The notes beneath the pieces were generated by a model. It had not been told where the DNA came from. It saw only the letters and a list, made by a program, of their open reading frames with translations, and made no database searches. Both the position numbers and the translations under genes were made by a program. A stretch of 63,507 nt of DNA, the filler included, from Polymyxa betae A26-41 (lineage: Eukaryota; Protista; Endomyxa: Phytomyxea), in assembly GCA_003693705.1 (NCBI GenBank). It is 7 parts of 7 records of this genome, joined end to end, with 100 filler letters (N's around TTAATTAATTAA, not from the genome) between each part and the next. Parts side by side here need not be neighbours in the genome. Positions count along the whole stretch, not along the records: positions 49,463 to 54,794 come from RBZT01000224.1; positions 54,895 to 60,030 come from RBZT01000452.1; positions 60,131 to 63,507 come from RBZT01000399.1; 4 more parts are not named here. The stretch is one strand, 5' to 3'. How positions within the stretch are numbered: the stretch's first letter is position 1; every line of letters starts with the position of its first letter. Shown piece by piece: positions 50,317 to 62,238 of this stretch.

Positions 50317-51574
50317 ATGGAGGACGTGGTCCAGCGTGAACCTCGGACATTTGAGAGTGCTGATGCTATTATTACTACATTTGATGAGTTTGCTAATTCA
50401 TTTTTACCATTTAGGGGCGTTGGACTGGCAGAGCATCTACTGCCGTTCGGGGGAAACAAATGGGCTGCTTTGGCTCATGGCTACATCCGCTATCTACCTT
50501 CAGGTTGGCAACCTCGCGGTGGTGGATCCATTGAAAGAAAACAGCAGGCTTTACGAAATATAAAAAAGCCGACAGGTTGGTAGTTTTTGGGTAAAAATTG
50601 ATCCCTAAACTGTTATAAAAAGGTGATCCTTTTTGGCAACCTCGCGATGGTGGATCGATTAAACGAAAACAGCAGGCTTTACGAAATATAAAAATGCCGA
50701 CAGGTTGGTAGTTTTTAGGTAAAAATTGATCCCTAAACTGTAATAAAAAGGTGATCCTTTTTGCCTCCTGAAGTTTCGCGTGCGAAACTGTTGTTCCGGG
50801 CAATTGCAGCACATTGTTCAATTTCCGAGCTGGACGACAGTGCTGACGTTATTAATGACAACAATGACAAGGACTCGCAGTCTCAGAGCCCAACCATAAA
50901 CGCTCTGTCAACACCTTGTTGGCGTTTAAGCAGCCTAAGACTGATTTTGGCTCTCTTAGTTTGACTGATATCGGCCTTGAGAACGAATTGCTGCCGTAAA
51001 ACGCTCCGGTAACTCCGATCGGTCCCATTTGTTCTCCTGTTTCCACTGTAGCGCCAGCGCTCCCGCTTTGTCGACGCTGCCCACGACACCTGCATCTTCA
51101 ATTCCGTCTCCAACATCATCTTCGGCGGCGCCGATCAAGATGTCCTTCAAATTGACGTCATCTTCGGATGCTCCGAAGAAGAAGCATGGATTGCCTGCCC
51201 CTACATTGACTGCGTCTTCGCGTTCTGGATGTCGCCTAACTCATTGTCCATTTGGTCTTCTTGAAGTCTCAGTCACCCATAACTCTAGGCCAATCGACAG
51301 CATGATAGATAAGCTTGCCTCTTCGGAGGATGGGAATAGTATGTTGGAATTGATGGCGATGCTTGATGAACACCAGGCAGCGCGGGACTTGGCCTATCGC
51401 CGTGAACGCGATGAAGCACAGGCTTGCTTGCACGCTGAACGAGAAGTCGCCCGCACTGAAGAGCGGAAACAGCGGGAGGAGCGTGAAGAACGGATGGCAG
51501 TTCGGGAAGCCCAGAATCAGCAAATGATGATGATGATGATGGCCAAAATCTTCGGTGTCAACAACGACAAATGA
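50317..51574 (+). pseudogene. probable Harbinger accessory (Myb-like/coiled-coil) gene, divergent from the transposase
   Basis: HLLPFGGNKW...GSIERK...KKPTG N-terminus and E/R-rich coiled coil ending QQMMMMMMAKIFG; interrupted by a duplication. Confidence 0.55.
50505..50763 (+). repeat. 128-bp tandem duplication
   Basis: ttggcaacctcgcg..tggtggatc...aaaaaggtgatcctttttg starts at 50505 and 50633. Confidence 0.92.
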
Positions 51575-51949
51575 TTCCTGTTTGAAATGACTTTGCATTC
51601 TTTCAAAAAAAGTTACAGTGCACAGATCGGATTTGGCTAATGCCTGTGCTTCTCACCCGAAAGTTGTAGAGTCGAAATATATTTCCCAGTCGCAACTAAC
51701 GTAGCTCGGGATTGCACGGTAGAGTTAAGTTCAACTGTCAGTACACTCGGGGGGCCGATCCCATTCGCCATTCGCCAGCTTGACCGATCGCTGTGATCGC
51801 ATTACTCATCGTTATCATTGCAAGGCGACATTGTGGAGATGCCCTTTCCAGATCGCCTTTTTTCATGGGCGTGATAATCTTGCCCTGAAAATCTTTAGAG
51901 ACAGGAAATGCAGAATCTGTTGCTATCCCTGATCCGTATAGTGTTCATC

Positions 51950-54430
51950 TATGGGAAAACGAGAGAGGGGAAGAGAGGGATCAATCGAAAAGTGCGGACG
52001 CACTTTCCGCCAAACGTCTCCCTGCAGATTCAAAATCAATAACAAAGAACTCATAAAAAAAGTATATTGATGAAATAGTATTATGCGGAATGGCTGCAAA
52101 CATCCTTGCTGCCTCCCAATCCTGGGCATTTCTCGCGCCCGAAGTTGGAGTGAGCGAGTCTTTCGCCCCAACGACTGACGAAAGTGTCCAGATTTCCATC
52201 AAAATGGTGATGGAAACAGTTCATGATCGGCTCTATCACCGAATAGCATGCGGTCCGCAAGCCTGGCACCATATCGTTGAAGCTGATGCCGGGCGACTTA
52301 CAGGATTCGAAAATGCGGCCGAAGACCGCCATCTTCTCCCGCGTGCCCTTGATCCTGCTTAATGATTCGCGCTCCTTTACATCAAAAGAAGCGTTCAGGC
52401 GCCGACGCTTTGGAGGAGGCCGCTCCACTGTTGGCTCATCGCGAACGGGGTCAGCACGACGAACTACAGTCTCGCGATCTTCAGCTTCAGCAACTTCGGG
52501 ATTGTCGGCTTCGGCTGCGGGCTGCCGGATCACTGGCAGTACAGAATCCGCATACTTTCGAGCCAATATGCTGTTGATCTCGTCCGCGACGTCACCGAGT
52601 CCAGCGGCCTTGATCTTATCGAACAGCTGGGCCAGATAAATGTCCGGGTCTTCACAGTCCTCGTAACGAATAATCGCATTGCCTAATGCGATTACGTTAC
52701 GGGACTGGCGGACTTGCAGAAGTCGTCTCTCAATCATACGGTCGACGAACTTTTGGGCGCATAATGAGAAGTCATTATGCTCCAAAGCATTAATCGTCAC
52801 GGCCATGGCTGGACCCGGATTATCGATGTGGAACGGGCGCCACTTATAGCTGTAACTTAATAGGCCGTCATCCCTGAAAGCCAAAATTAGCGGAAATTTA
52901 ACAAAAATAAAAAATTACTGACTTCTGACGCCGCGCCAATTCCAGAACGGACAGAGCATCCGAAAAGTATCGCCTCGCGGAATTGAGGCTCTTATGTCTC
53001 GCCGACAACATGATCTGGGGCCCTTCGCCCCATAGGGCCAGTATGTAGCCGGTTGTTTGCATCGAATGCGTCCCCCACGGACCTGGGCGGTCAATCACAG
53101 CTCTCACCGACTTCTGAAAGCTGAGCATTGATTCAGTTAGGGTTTTAGGGATTCCAGATCACATACCTAATATTAAGGGATTTGTATTTGAAAGGGCGCC
53201 CGAAACAGTCGCTGAACACGAATCCAGAATCTCTTCCCGATAGATGAATCCAGCCCAGCATATGACGGATGAGACAGAGTTCCGGGATCTCGTCATTGCG
53301 GTGGATAATCAGGTATTTGTACGAATTATCAGACTTTCCTTTGATCCGCAGTCCGATAGTTAGCAGATCTCCGGAAGTCCGATTCACCGTGGTCATGTTC
53401 GGGATAAAGTCCTCGAACTTGATGTTGATCGCCTCTCGAGACCTCAGCATCAGAACGAAGCTGCATAAGAAGATCGTCCAGAGCCGAAACCCGGACTTGA
53501 CGTTTCTGGAGAGCAGCCCCGCTCGGACCATAATCAGTTCATGCGGAAGTAGGCCGGAATCGGCCTGCGGCTGATAATCGGGCAGGTCGATCTTGGTTAC
53601 TCGCTCATAACGATTTCGGACTTTGTCCAATTCGCGCGGAGATCCGCATCGCCATAAATGACGCTCCCGATGAAAAAACACAGGGCGCGGGATCGGCCCG
53701 GTTGAAACTTTCCCAGCAGCGCGAACATGGCTCCTGATAGGGTCCGGATTGTTTTCGGGCAGAATGCAGCCGAGAAATGGCGCCCAGAAATAAGTTGCAG
53801 TTTCCCGGGTCATTCCAGGACTGGTTCGCCACAATCGGCTCCCGCGTAAAAATGTCCGTCACAGCACCGACACGACGCCGACACGACGCATTCGCCACAG
53901 AAATATGGATACTTCTGCCTTCTGGAAGAACTTTGAAATCAATAAACGCCATAATAGAATCGGCGCTCATAGACTGGCAGAACTCCGTTGGGGCCCGCTC
54001 GTTCAAAATAATAAGTGATTCGAAATCTCCGATACGCTTTAGAAACAGTTCCAGCTGACTGTAGTACGACTGATGTTGTCGTACTGAATTTTCAGCCAGA
54101 GGCCGCGTTCCCGTCAGAAGAGTGGGCTCATCAGCCATTTGCAGCTGCCAGCGATCCATAACGGCAGACAGCTGTCGCGATACAAACTGCTCTTGATCCC
54201 CGGTCAACGGCTGTATAATAACGGAGCTGGAGCGACAACGGCGAATTTCCTCCTGAAATGACGCGGGCAGCTTCCCAGGACCCCGATCGCAGGGACGTTC
54301 CGGATCGGAGCTCGGCGCAAAAACTGCGGGATTAATCTCCGCGCTCTCTCTGGTTTCTGATCTCGGCGAATTCATCCCCGGTGTTCATTAGGGTTCAACT
54401 AGGGTTCAACCTCGATTCTAGTATGGGAAA
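51950..54430 (-). mobile_element. Crypton-like tyrosine-recombinase element
   Basis: Single YR gene bracketed by a 9-bp direct repeat TATGGGAAA (51950-51958, 54422-54430); no RT or long TIRs. Confidence 0.75.
52081..54375 (-). CDS. tyrosine recombinase, 3 exons, one frameshift
   Basis: LMLRSREA (box I Arg), KGKSD (Lys), THSMQTTGY (HxxR position), ARHKSLNSARRY (His and Tyr); GT-AG introns 53121-53166 and 52874-52922 join the ORFs in frame; 1-nt slip at the A6 run near 53673-53678. Confidence 0.88.
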
Positions 54431-55063
54431 GATTCGTCTCTATTACTATAGAACGGATATAATGTATAATATACACTATTACGGAGTTCGCAATTTTTTA
54501 ACCCAAATCGTTAAAGTGTATATTATATGTTGGTATTGCGTCCAATCCCGAGAGCATAATAGACGTCTATACGCGGGGAGGAGAAAAGGCTCACACGACA
54601 GACAATCTCGCTGCCACCGCGAGCCAACACTCGACTAGTATCTGTACACCTTCCAGCAGTGTGGCGCCTCCACAACAACCCAAGTCGCTCGAGAACCCCG
54701 ACGCGCAGAATTACTATACTGTGAAACCAGTGGGTGATGGCCTACAGCCACGGTGGATGAAAACTCCGCCGCGGAGTTTACCAAGGTATGAGAGNNNNNN
54801 NNNNNNNNNNNNNNNNNNNNNNNNNNNNNNNNNNNNNNTTAATTAATTAANNNNNNNNNNNNNNNNNNNNNNNNNNNNNNNNNNNNNNNNNNNNTGTTGC
54901 AGTAAAGAGTGACATCAACAACTGACTGCAGGTCTCAGGAGCGACGGGCGAAGGCTGCGCTTTCCTAAGCAAAGGGCCGATTATGTAAACGAAATATTTA
55001 TATCAAATGGGCATATTAATTTAATGAGCTATTTACACAACTTGATAAAATTAAGTTAACCAT

Positions 55064-57172
55064 TTACAAGTGGTATAAAACAACCGCAATTAAGATCGAT
55101 ACTAAATATGTTAAAGGCGATGCTGTGAAATCGCTGGAGGAGTCGGAGTCAGTAAGGGGCTTGCGACGAAGTTTCGGTGGCGCTTTGCCAGGCGGGAAGT
55201 TATATGAAACCTGATACGTACATGTTATTGATGAAGAAGAAAAATGCTTAAAATTGCAGTCTTACTTTGAAGAGTTTCCCATAGTACAGATCCATTATGT
55301 ACAGGTCGCCGTCAGGTGATTGTTGGATATCCACCTAAAGTTCAATTTACATAAAGATATGATTCAATGAAAGCCGACAAACATATTGGCCTTCTTTCTC
55401 ATCAGGACCGTCATTATCTGGAGTCCAAAGTAATGTCTTCAGCGTGTTCATATCGGGATTCCCATCTTTATCTTTTCCGAAATAGAATACACACCTGAAC
55501 AGAACACATTCAGTCAATGAATCCTGCATAGAAAGAGAAGATGTAACACCGTTTTGAGCTCTCAAGCATAATTAAAGTGTTATTCCATTCTTCTGGTAAG
55601 CCAGGTACGTTGAAGAACAGCAATCCAGAGGGACTAGCGGCCGTACTAGAGCACTCTTCGGCATACGAATCAGCTAAAGGCATAGGTTTTCGGTGCTCTG
55701 ATTTCAACTAAGCCTTTTCAAATAGCTCGAATAGATTGATGAAAGTACCATAAGCGAACTGAGGCAAAACCGTTGCAGACTTCGGAAGATCCTGGCAAAT
55801 TTTGTAATTCTGAGAGGCGAAAAGAGGCATTGGAACATTTCCTTCGTAGCAAGGCCATCCTAACTAGATGTTAAAATGTTAGAACGATGCTTACTGAAGT
55901 CGTACCGTAATTAAGAAGGGGGCCATCAAGATTTTTCAAAGGGTTCGGCACCATGTTAATTTCTTCGACGAAATCTGAAATGAATCGTTAGATTTACAGA
56001 CAGAAAAAGCACGTTGATCGTGCATACCAGATCCAACATCGCCGAACCAGATGTCACCAGTATCAGGCCGGAAGGTCATTCTGTTATCAGACTTAGAGTA
56101 CAGAGGATGAAGAACAATGCGATCATACCGATAAGGGTTTCGCGCGCCTTTGATGATCATTTGGTAATCAGAATTCTTGACCAACTTTCTCTTGACCAGC
56201 AACGCTTCCGGATTAATTCTGAAGATTTTGCCCATGTGGGTGTCCTCGAACTGAGATCTGAAAGATCCTTGCGGGCCAGTTCTATTTGGATCAGAACAGG
56301 GATCCTATCGAAATGAGAAGCCAACACGAAGACAATGCGACAAGTTAACCTTAAGACCGATATCAGCACCTATTCGGAATTTAGTAGCAGCAAATCCATC
56401 ATCGTGAATCGCTTACGATCAAATGGAGCACCGTCACCAATGGAGATGAACAGCGATCCATCGCTTGCAAATTTCAGGTCATCGACATGATGTGAATAGC
56501 TGCTGCCACAAAAGTCGTCCATCAGAACCTGGTCGACCTAATTCGCTTTTTAGCTTTCCGTTCAGAGCCGCACAGAAACGGTTTGAACCTCGCCCCTCTT
56601 TCGTTTGAGATCAACTTTTACACGAATTAAATGACCAGGAGTGGAACAGTAGCCATTGTTGATAGCCGGGCATTGGTTAGGAGGGTTCCAGCTGTGTTAT
56701 GTATTAGCGAAGAGTTCGAGATTTACAGGATGCTGTTCCTTACATAACAGTCTTTGTTACAGGATCCAAATTGACGCTGTACATAGCATAGATATACGGA
56801 ACCTTGGGAAACTCGGGATGAATCGCCAGTCCTAACATTCCTCGATCATGGTGGATATAGGTCTGCTTCGACAGATCCAGAATGAAGGCATAATCGCCCT
56901 AAGCAGCATCGTGAGTGAACCCAAGACGTAGCGTTCGCGTTTTGTGTGTTTACCGCCTTGACATCGATGTTATCGTATAGACGAATGCGCCCGTTTTTTT
57001 CAGCAACGAACACATGGTCGGAATTTGGGCTGAATTGCAAGCATAGCGAGTATTCCATGCCGCCCCAATGCAGCGTCTGAGTGAACTGCGACTTGAGCTC
57101 GGCGACAATCTCTGCCACTGCAGTCGCCATCAGCGACGCCATTGCGACGATTAGCATCACCGTTGACCTCAT
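55064..57172 (-). CDS. secreted glucose/sorbosone dehydrogenase-type (PQQ-dependent beta-propeller) protein, multi-exon
   Basis: Signal peptide; VFVAEKNGRI, DRGMLGLAIHPEF, HHVDDLKFASDGSLFISIGDG, GKIFRINP, GARNPYR, WFGDVG, GWPCYEG; hydrophobic C-tail LTYLVSILIAVVLYHL*. Confidence 0.85.
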
Positions 57173-57841
57173 ATCTTTTGGAAGCTATAATAAGTATGAA
57201 GACGAAACCCAGAATATTCAGAAGATGAGAGAAGCACAGAGTCAGTGATGGCGGAACCCTCCAGCAGAGATGTTCAAGATATTCTTTTAGCTGTTACAGT
57301 GTAGTCATAGATGGCGTGGCCTTCAATCTAGTCGCCAAATTCCAACTGTTTCAATCTCTCGATTTCCACGATTCTTCTAGAGTGTAGGCTGGCAGTGATG
57401 CAGGACATGGATTTGTAAGTGGGATGCCTCCATCACCAACTTAAATAGCTTCAACATAGATGGGCACACAAAGCCAAACGATGCTCTTGGCATAGACACC
57501 TTCAGCATCATAGAATGACGACATAAGTTGGCATGACGGCTTACTAGCAGTGGGCACATATTCGCTGACCTGGAGATGATGTGTTGACCAGGCAAGCAGT
57601 AAGCTCTGCCGAGCTGACTAGGGATTGTCATCAAAGCGTTCACCGAACTCTTTATGAGCTCCAATATTCACTTGACGAATCAGGCTGCTGTTGACTATTG
57701 AATAAACTGCCTGAACGATTATTGTGTCAAAATGGATTCTATAGACTTCACCTGACATAATATTACGATCACTTGGTTCGAGATATAATAATTCGCATCA
57801 TATATTTAAGGTTAATGAGATCGTGCAAATCCAGATCGAAA

Positions 57842-59499
57842 TCAATTGAGTGGAATGAGACGACCCCAAACTCCGTCCTTCGGGACCGATATTAACGACT
57901 CCTTATCCATATCGAATCGCTGACCAGGACGGAATTCGAACTGGAAATTGGCCAGCAGAAATGACAGGAATATTCTAATCTCAGTTAGCGCCAGATGCCG
58001 CCCAGGACATTCACGATATTTCCCTGAGAATGGGAGATACGCCTCAGACGGGACTCCTTCAGGACGCTGCTCGGCACGGACACGCCCGTCCTTCAGGAAC
58101 CGGTTCGGATCGAACTGATCCGGGTTGGTCCAGTACGCCGGATGTCGCGCGAGTGAGCGCGACCCGACAAACACCATATGACCGGCCGAGATCGGGATCC
58201 CGAACAGATCAAAGTCCCGCGACGCTGTACGTCCGAACCCGGCCGCCGCCGGGTACAGGCGCAGCGACTCCAGTACGACGGCGTGCAGGTACGGCAGGTT
58301 CTCGAGATCCGCATGCGTCGGAAACGTTTCGGGGGACGACGAGATGGCGCGGGCGTGTTGGACCTCGATCCGGCATTGCTGCTCGATCTGGGGCTGCGTG
58401 TAGAAAACGGACATAATCCAGGCTGTCATACCGGCGACCGTATCTTTACCTAGGTAACGTTACATTGGAGTGTGGTCGTGTTACTAGTTGTAACGTTACC
58501 TCCCACAATCATCATCATGACCTCATCACGGATTTGTTCGAGACTCAGCCGTCTCTGATGGGAGTCTTCGAATCGCAGCTGGGCGTCGATCATGGGAATC
58601 GTGGCCGGGTCATCAATGCGGGCGTTGTTCAGGATGATAGGGTTTAGGGTTTCCAGCCGCTCGGTGATCTTATCCTCAAGATACGCACGTAGACGATTCC
58701 GTAGCGAGCGGAGTCGGAGCCGGAGAACGATCTCGAGCCATTTCAGGTTGGGAGCCAATACTAACGGGCTCTGTGAGTATTTCTGTGCCAGACTCATCAT
58801 CTCGTTGAATTTCTGGGCGAAATCCGGTTCGACTTGACATCCGAGGACGCCCTGGGAGATCACACTGAACGCCCAATGACGGAATAGTTCATGGAAATCC
58901 ATCTCCCGTCCGATCATGTCACTATAGACACAAAACATATTCAGGTCCCCATATCACGGGTCCAGTATAACGTGACACACTCACACATACCTCAGTAACG
59001 CATCCTGACGAATACAGGTCATCATGAGGTCCGCATATTTCGGCATCAATGAGCTTCGAAAGAGAGGCGAGACCAGAGCACGATGTTGCCGATGTGCTAG
59101 CCCATTGAGACTACCAACGACCTTACCAGCCATCGGCTCTATCAGAGTCCGTGTTAGGTCATTCTGGAGCAGCAGCTCCTTGGATTCGGCCAGGACGTAT
59201 TGGGCCAGTTCGGGATCGCAGACCATGAAGGCCGGACGCACGCCGAAGAATAGGAGACGGACCTTGCCGAAGGTGGCGATCTCGGACGAGGTCCGCAGCA
59301 GGAGATCATCACGAAACCGGAACAGATCGCCGATTAAGGGCGCGGGCCGCGAGGATACCGTCAGGCCGAGCTCCGGTCGCTCCCGGCCCAGGCGACGGTA
59401 CTTGTTGTAGATCAATTGCGGGCGGAGCAGTATCTGAAACGCGAGAATCAGCACGACCAGCACGATCACGAACACCTTCAGGCAGTAGAAGAGATTCAT
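57842..59499 (-). CDS. cytochrome P450, 3 exons
   Basis: N-terminal membrane anchor and PAPLIG hinge; I-helix GGKDT after splicing 58450-58499; ESLRLYP, PDQFDPNRF, PFSGKYRECPG; first intron 58922-58990. Confidence 0.95.
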
Positions 59500-60854
59500 T
59501 GAGATCGCTGGAACTTGAGAGTGACGAGAGAGATGGATGGGATGGGATTTACTAGTTTGATTTTGTCAACGGGCGGCGCGGTGACCTTGGCGCAAGGCAG
59601 GCAGTACTGAGGCCTCGCCTTAATATTTACCAGGGGACTCCTACTTCCAGTTTCAGAGCCGTACGGACTTGCGCAAATCTTTGATAAACTCGGTGTGTAA
59701 TCTTTCAGAGTTCTTTTCAGAGATTAATATATTTCTGTCTTTATAATATATCGTAAACAAACAGGTGAACGGTCGTCGAGCATCCAGCGCCAGTCATTAA
59801 AACACGTCCAGAATCAGGCTTATATAATTCCATACACTACTTCCCCCAAGACAAATTTATGCTGTGAAGGTAGGAAATTTGTGAGATTGCACATGTAGAA
59901 GCACCAGTAAAACCGCCCCCGTCAAGCCCTGTGGGATAAATACAGGTTTGGAAAAAAGGTCTACTTACTAACAGGTGCACGCACTTTTGGCAAAGATGCG
60001 TTGATAATGGGTAAAAATGGGTGATTTGGANNNNNNNNNNNNNNNNNNNNNNNNNNNNNNNNNNNNNNNNNNNNTTAATTAATTAANNNNNNNNNNNNNN
60101 NNNNNNNNNNNNNNNNNNNNNNNNNNNNNNAAGCGAGAACCCATCTCGGCAAACGTTCGACCGTTTTACCCCCAACATCACATCTGGCTAAAAATCGCTA
60201 ACAGCGGTGGGCTGCGCCCCTAAAACTAAAAAGTGCGCTCTCTATTTCTCACAATTATTTGTGGTCGCTCATTCTCAGAAAATACACATTTCTATCGGGA
60301 CCCGCATCAAACTTGAATATAGCTCCTGGATCAATCTTGGTGATGGCAGAGCCGGCTCGCGCTCAACAATTTTTCCCTCTGGATGGATGTTTCAAAGTAT
60401 GTGACTGGGTTTTCAACCTCATGCGACATCTGCGAACTGTCCATTCGGAGCAGCCACTCACCGTAGAATTCTCTTGTCATGATATGGCCGCAACTCGCTC
60501 CTCGTGGAAATCACATTGAAAAACATCGACTCAGCTAGGCTTACGACAGGTCGAGAAATAACTACGCGTACGATTACCAAAACGAACCTTCTAGATGCGA
60601 ATTGCGGCCATATCATGACAGTAGAATTTTACGGTGTTACCGCAGATTTGGGCACCGACTGTCAAATCTGTTTCTCTCTTACAATTGAGAATTTCGGAGG
60701 CCTTTACCCTGCTTCTAGAGATGTTGGCGACTTTGAGTCAATTTACGAAACAAGCCTTTTCGTTGTCTGCAGAACAGTAATTTGCAACCCGCATAAATAT
60801 ATTAGAGCATTTATTAATGAAAACGAAACAAAAACTGCCCGCGGCATCTTTGCT

Positions 60855-62238
60855 TTAATCACAGATTTGTATATGTGGCTTAGTTCCCTGATTATGACTT
60901 AATATATGCATAAGATGTGACTGAGTATTCAGACGTAGGGACAGAAATAGCCCGGATAATAGACATAGCACAACTCCGATCAATATAGCAGCAGTCGATA
61001 TCACCAGGTAACTTCGCTGCTGATTCACAGGATCGGTCAGCGGCACGAACGGGCAGGTACGGCAAGCGGGCGGACCCTGGACCTGATCCGCAAGGACACC
61101 GCTCTCCGGAGACGTTTCGGCACCCAGTACGACGGCACCGACTTCAGTTTTGGGAGGCGATTTGACCTCCGGAGTGATCTCGGATTTCGTGATCGAATCC
61201 AGGTCCGGAATGTCAAGCGGAGGGAGTTGAAGCGGAAAAGGCGTGACGGGCTCCGAGAGCGACGTACTCCACAAGGGTTCGCACCGAGTCGTCGACGTAT
61301 TCAACGCGGATTCGTACAGAGTGCTCGACGCCGGCAACGACAGATCCAATAATATCACATTTCGTGTCCGCCGATGCGGGTGAAATGACGTGCAAGCAAC
61401 AGGCCGAACGGGAAGTGGAAGAACCTTCCAAATGATATTCCATCCCGTCCATAGAAGGCGCCAATCTGGCTTTATGGCCAGAGAGCGACCGAATAGAAAC
61501 AGATTCGGGTTCGGTCGCCAAAAGCCATCGTTGTGATCATCGTCGGAATGGTTCTGGAAGGCCTGATGTCGTATGAGGTCCTGATTCGGGAGAGAATCCT
61601 CCCGCAGGATCTCCCAAGGAACGTCGAATACCCAATTGAATCGGAACAGAAACAGATACGGTGCTGCAAGGCGCTCTAATCCAGCCGAAGGCACGGACGG
61701 GACGTTGTCCGCCGGGGCCAGTATATCGATCTGGGAAGGGACGGAGATATCGACGCAGTGGATACGATTGTCGTCGCTGCATTCGATACCCTTGCCCATG
61801 ACATTATCTGAGTGACATAATCAGAGACAAAGAGAGACAGCAGCCCATCTCTTTCGAAAAGGGCGTCCAGTACGACCTACAGTGGAGCAAATTCCACAAA
61901 AGATGCTCAAACGCCGGTGGGAGAAGGAGCGTAAAAATGCAAAAGAGGAGATATGCGGTCAGGAATTTCGAAGAGAGATATATTGCAGTACTACAGACAC
62001 GGCTAGCTTGACTTAGTACACAGAATATAGAGCATGGCGTCTTTAACGGCGTATCGGGCGTGTACGCCATAGGCCGCCCATACTGACCCAGATCGATCAC
62101 ATACGTCCTGGAGAGCATGGTCAGAGATGGGAGGAGGCGGCGCCGCCGCTGCTGCAGCCCGTCACGTAACCGACTGTGACCAACGCCAGCTAATGTTACG
62201 GCGAGTAGAAGCAGCTGTAGGAGACGGAGACGATTCAT
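60855..62238 (-). CDS. putative type I membrane / surface protein
   Basis: Signal peptide MNRLRLLQLLLLAVTLAGVG, RRRRLL motif, probable short introns, C-terminal TM helix YLVISTAAILIGVVLCLLSGLFL; exon joins uncertain. Confidence 0.6.

Noticed and set aside
58450-58510. P450 I-helix apparently lacking the acid-alcohol pair (GGNVTT in the ORF track)
   Set aside because: That peptide is intron read-through; splicing restores GGKDT.
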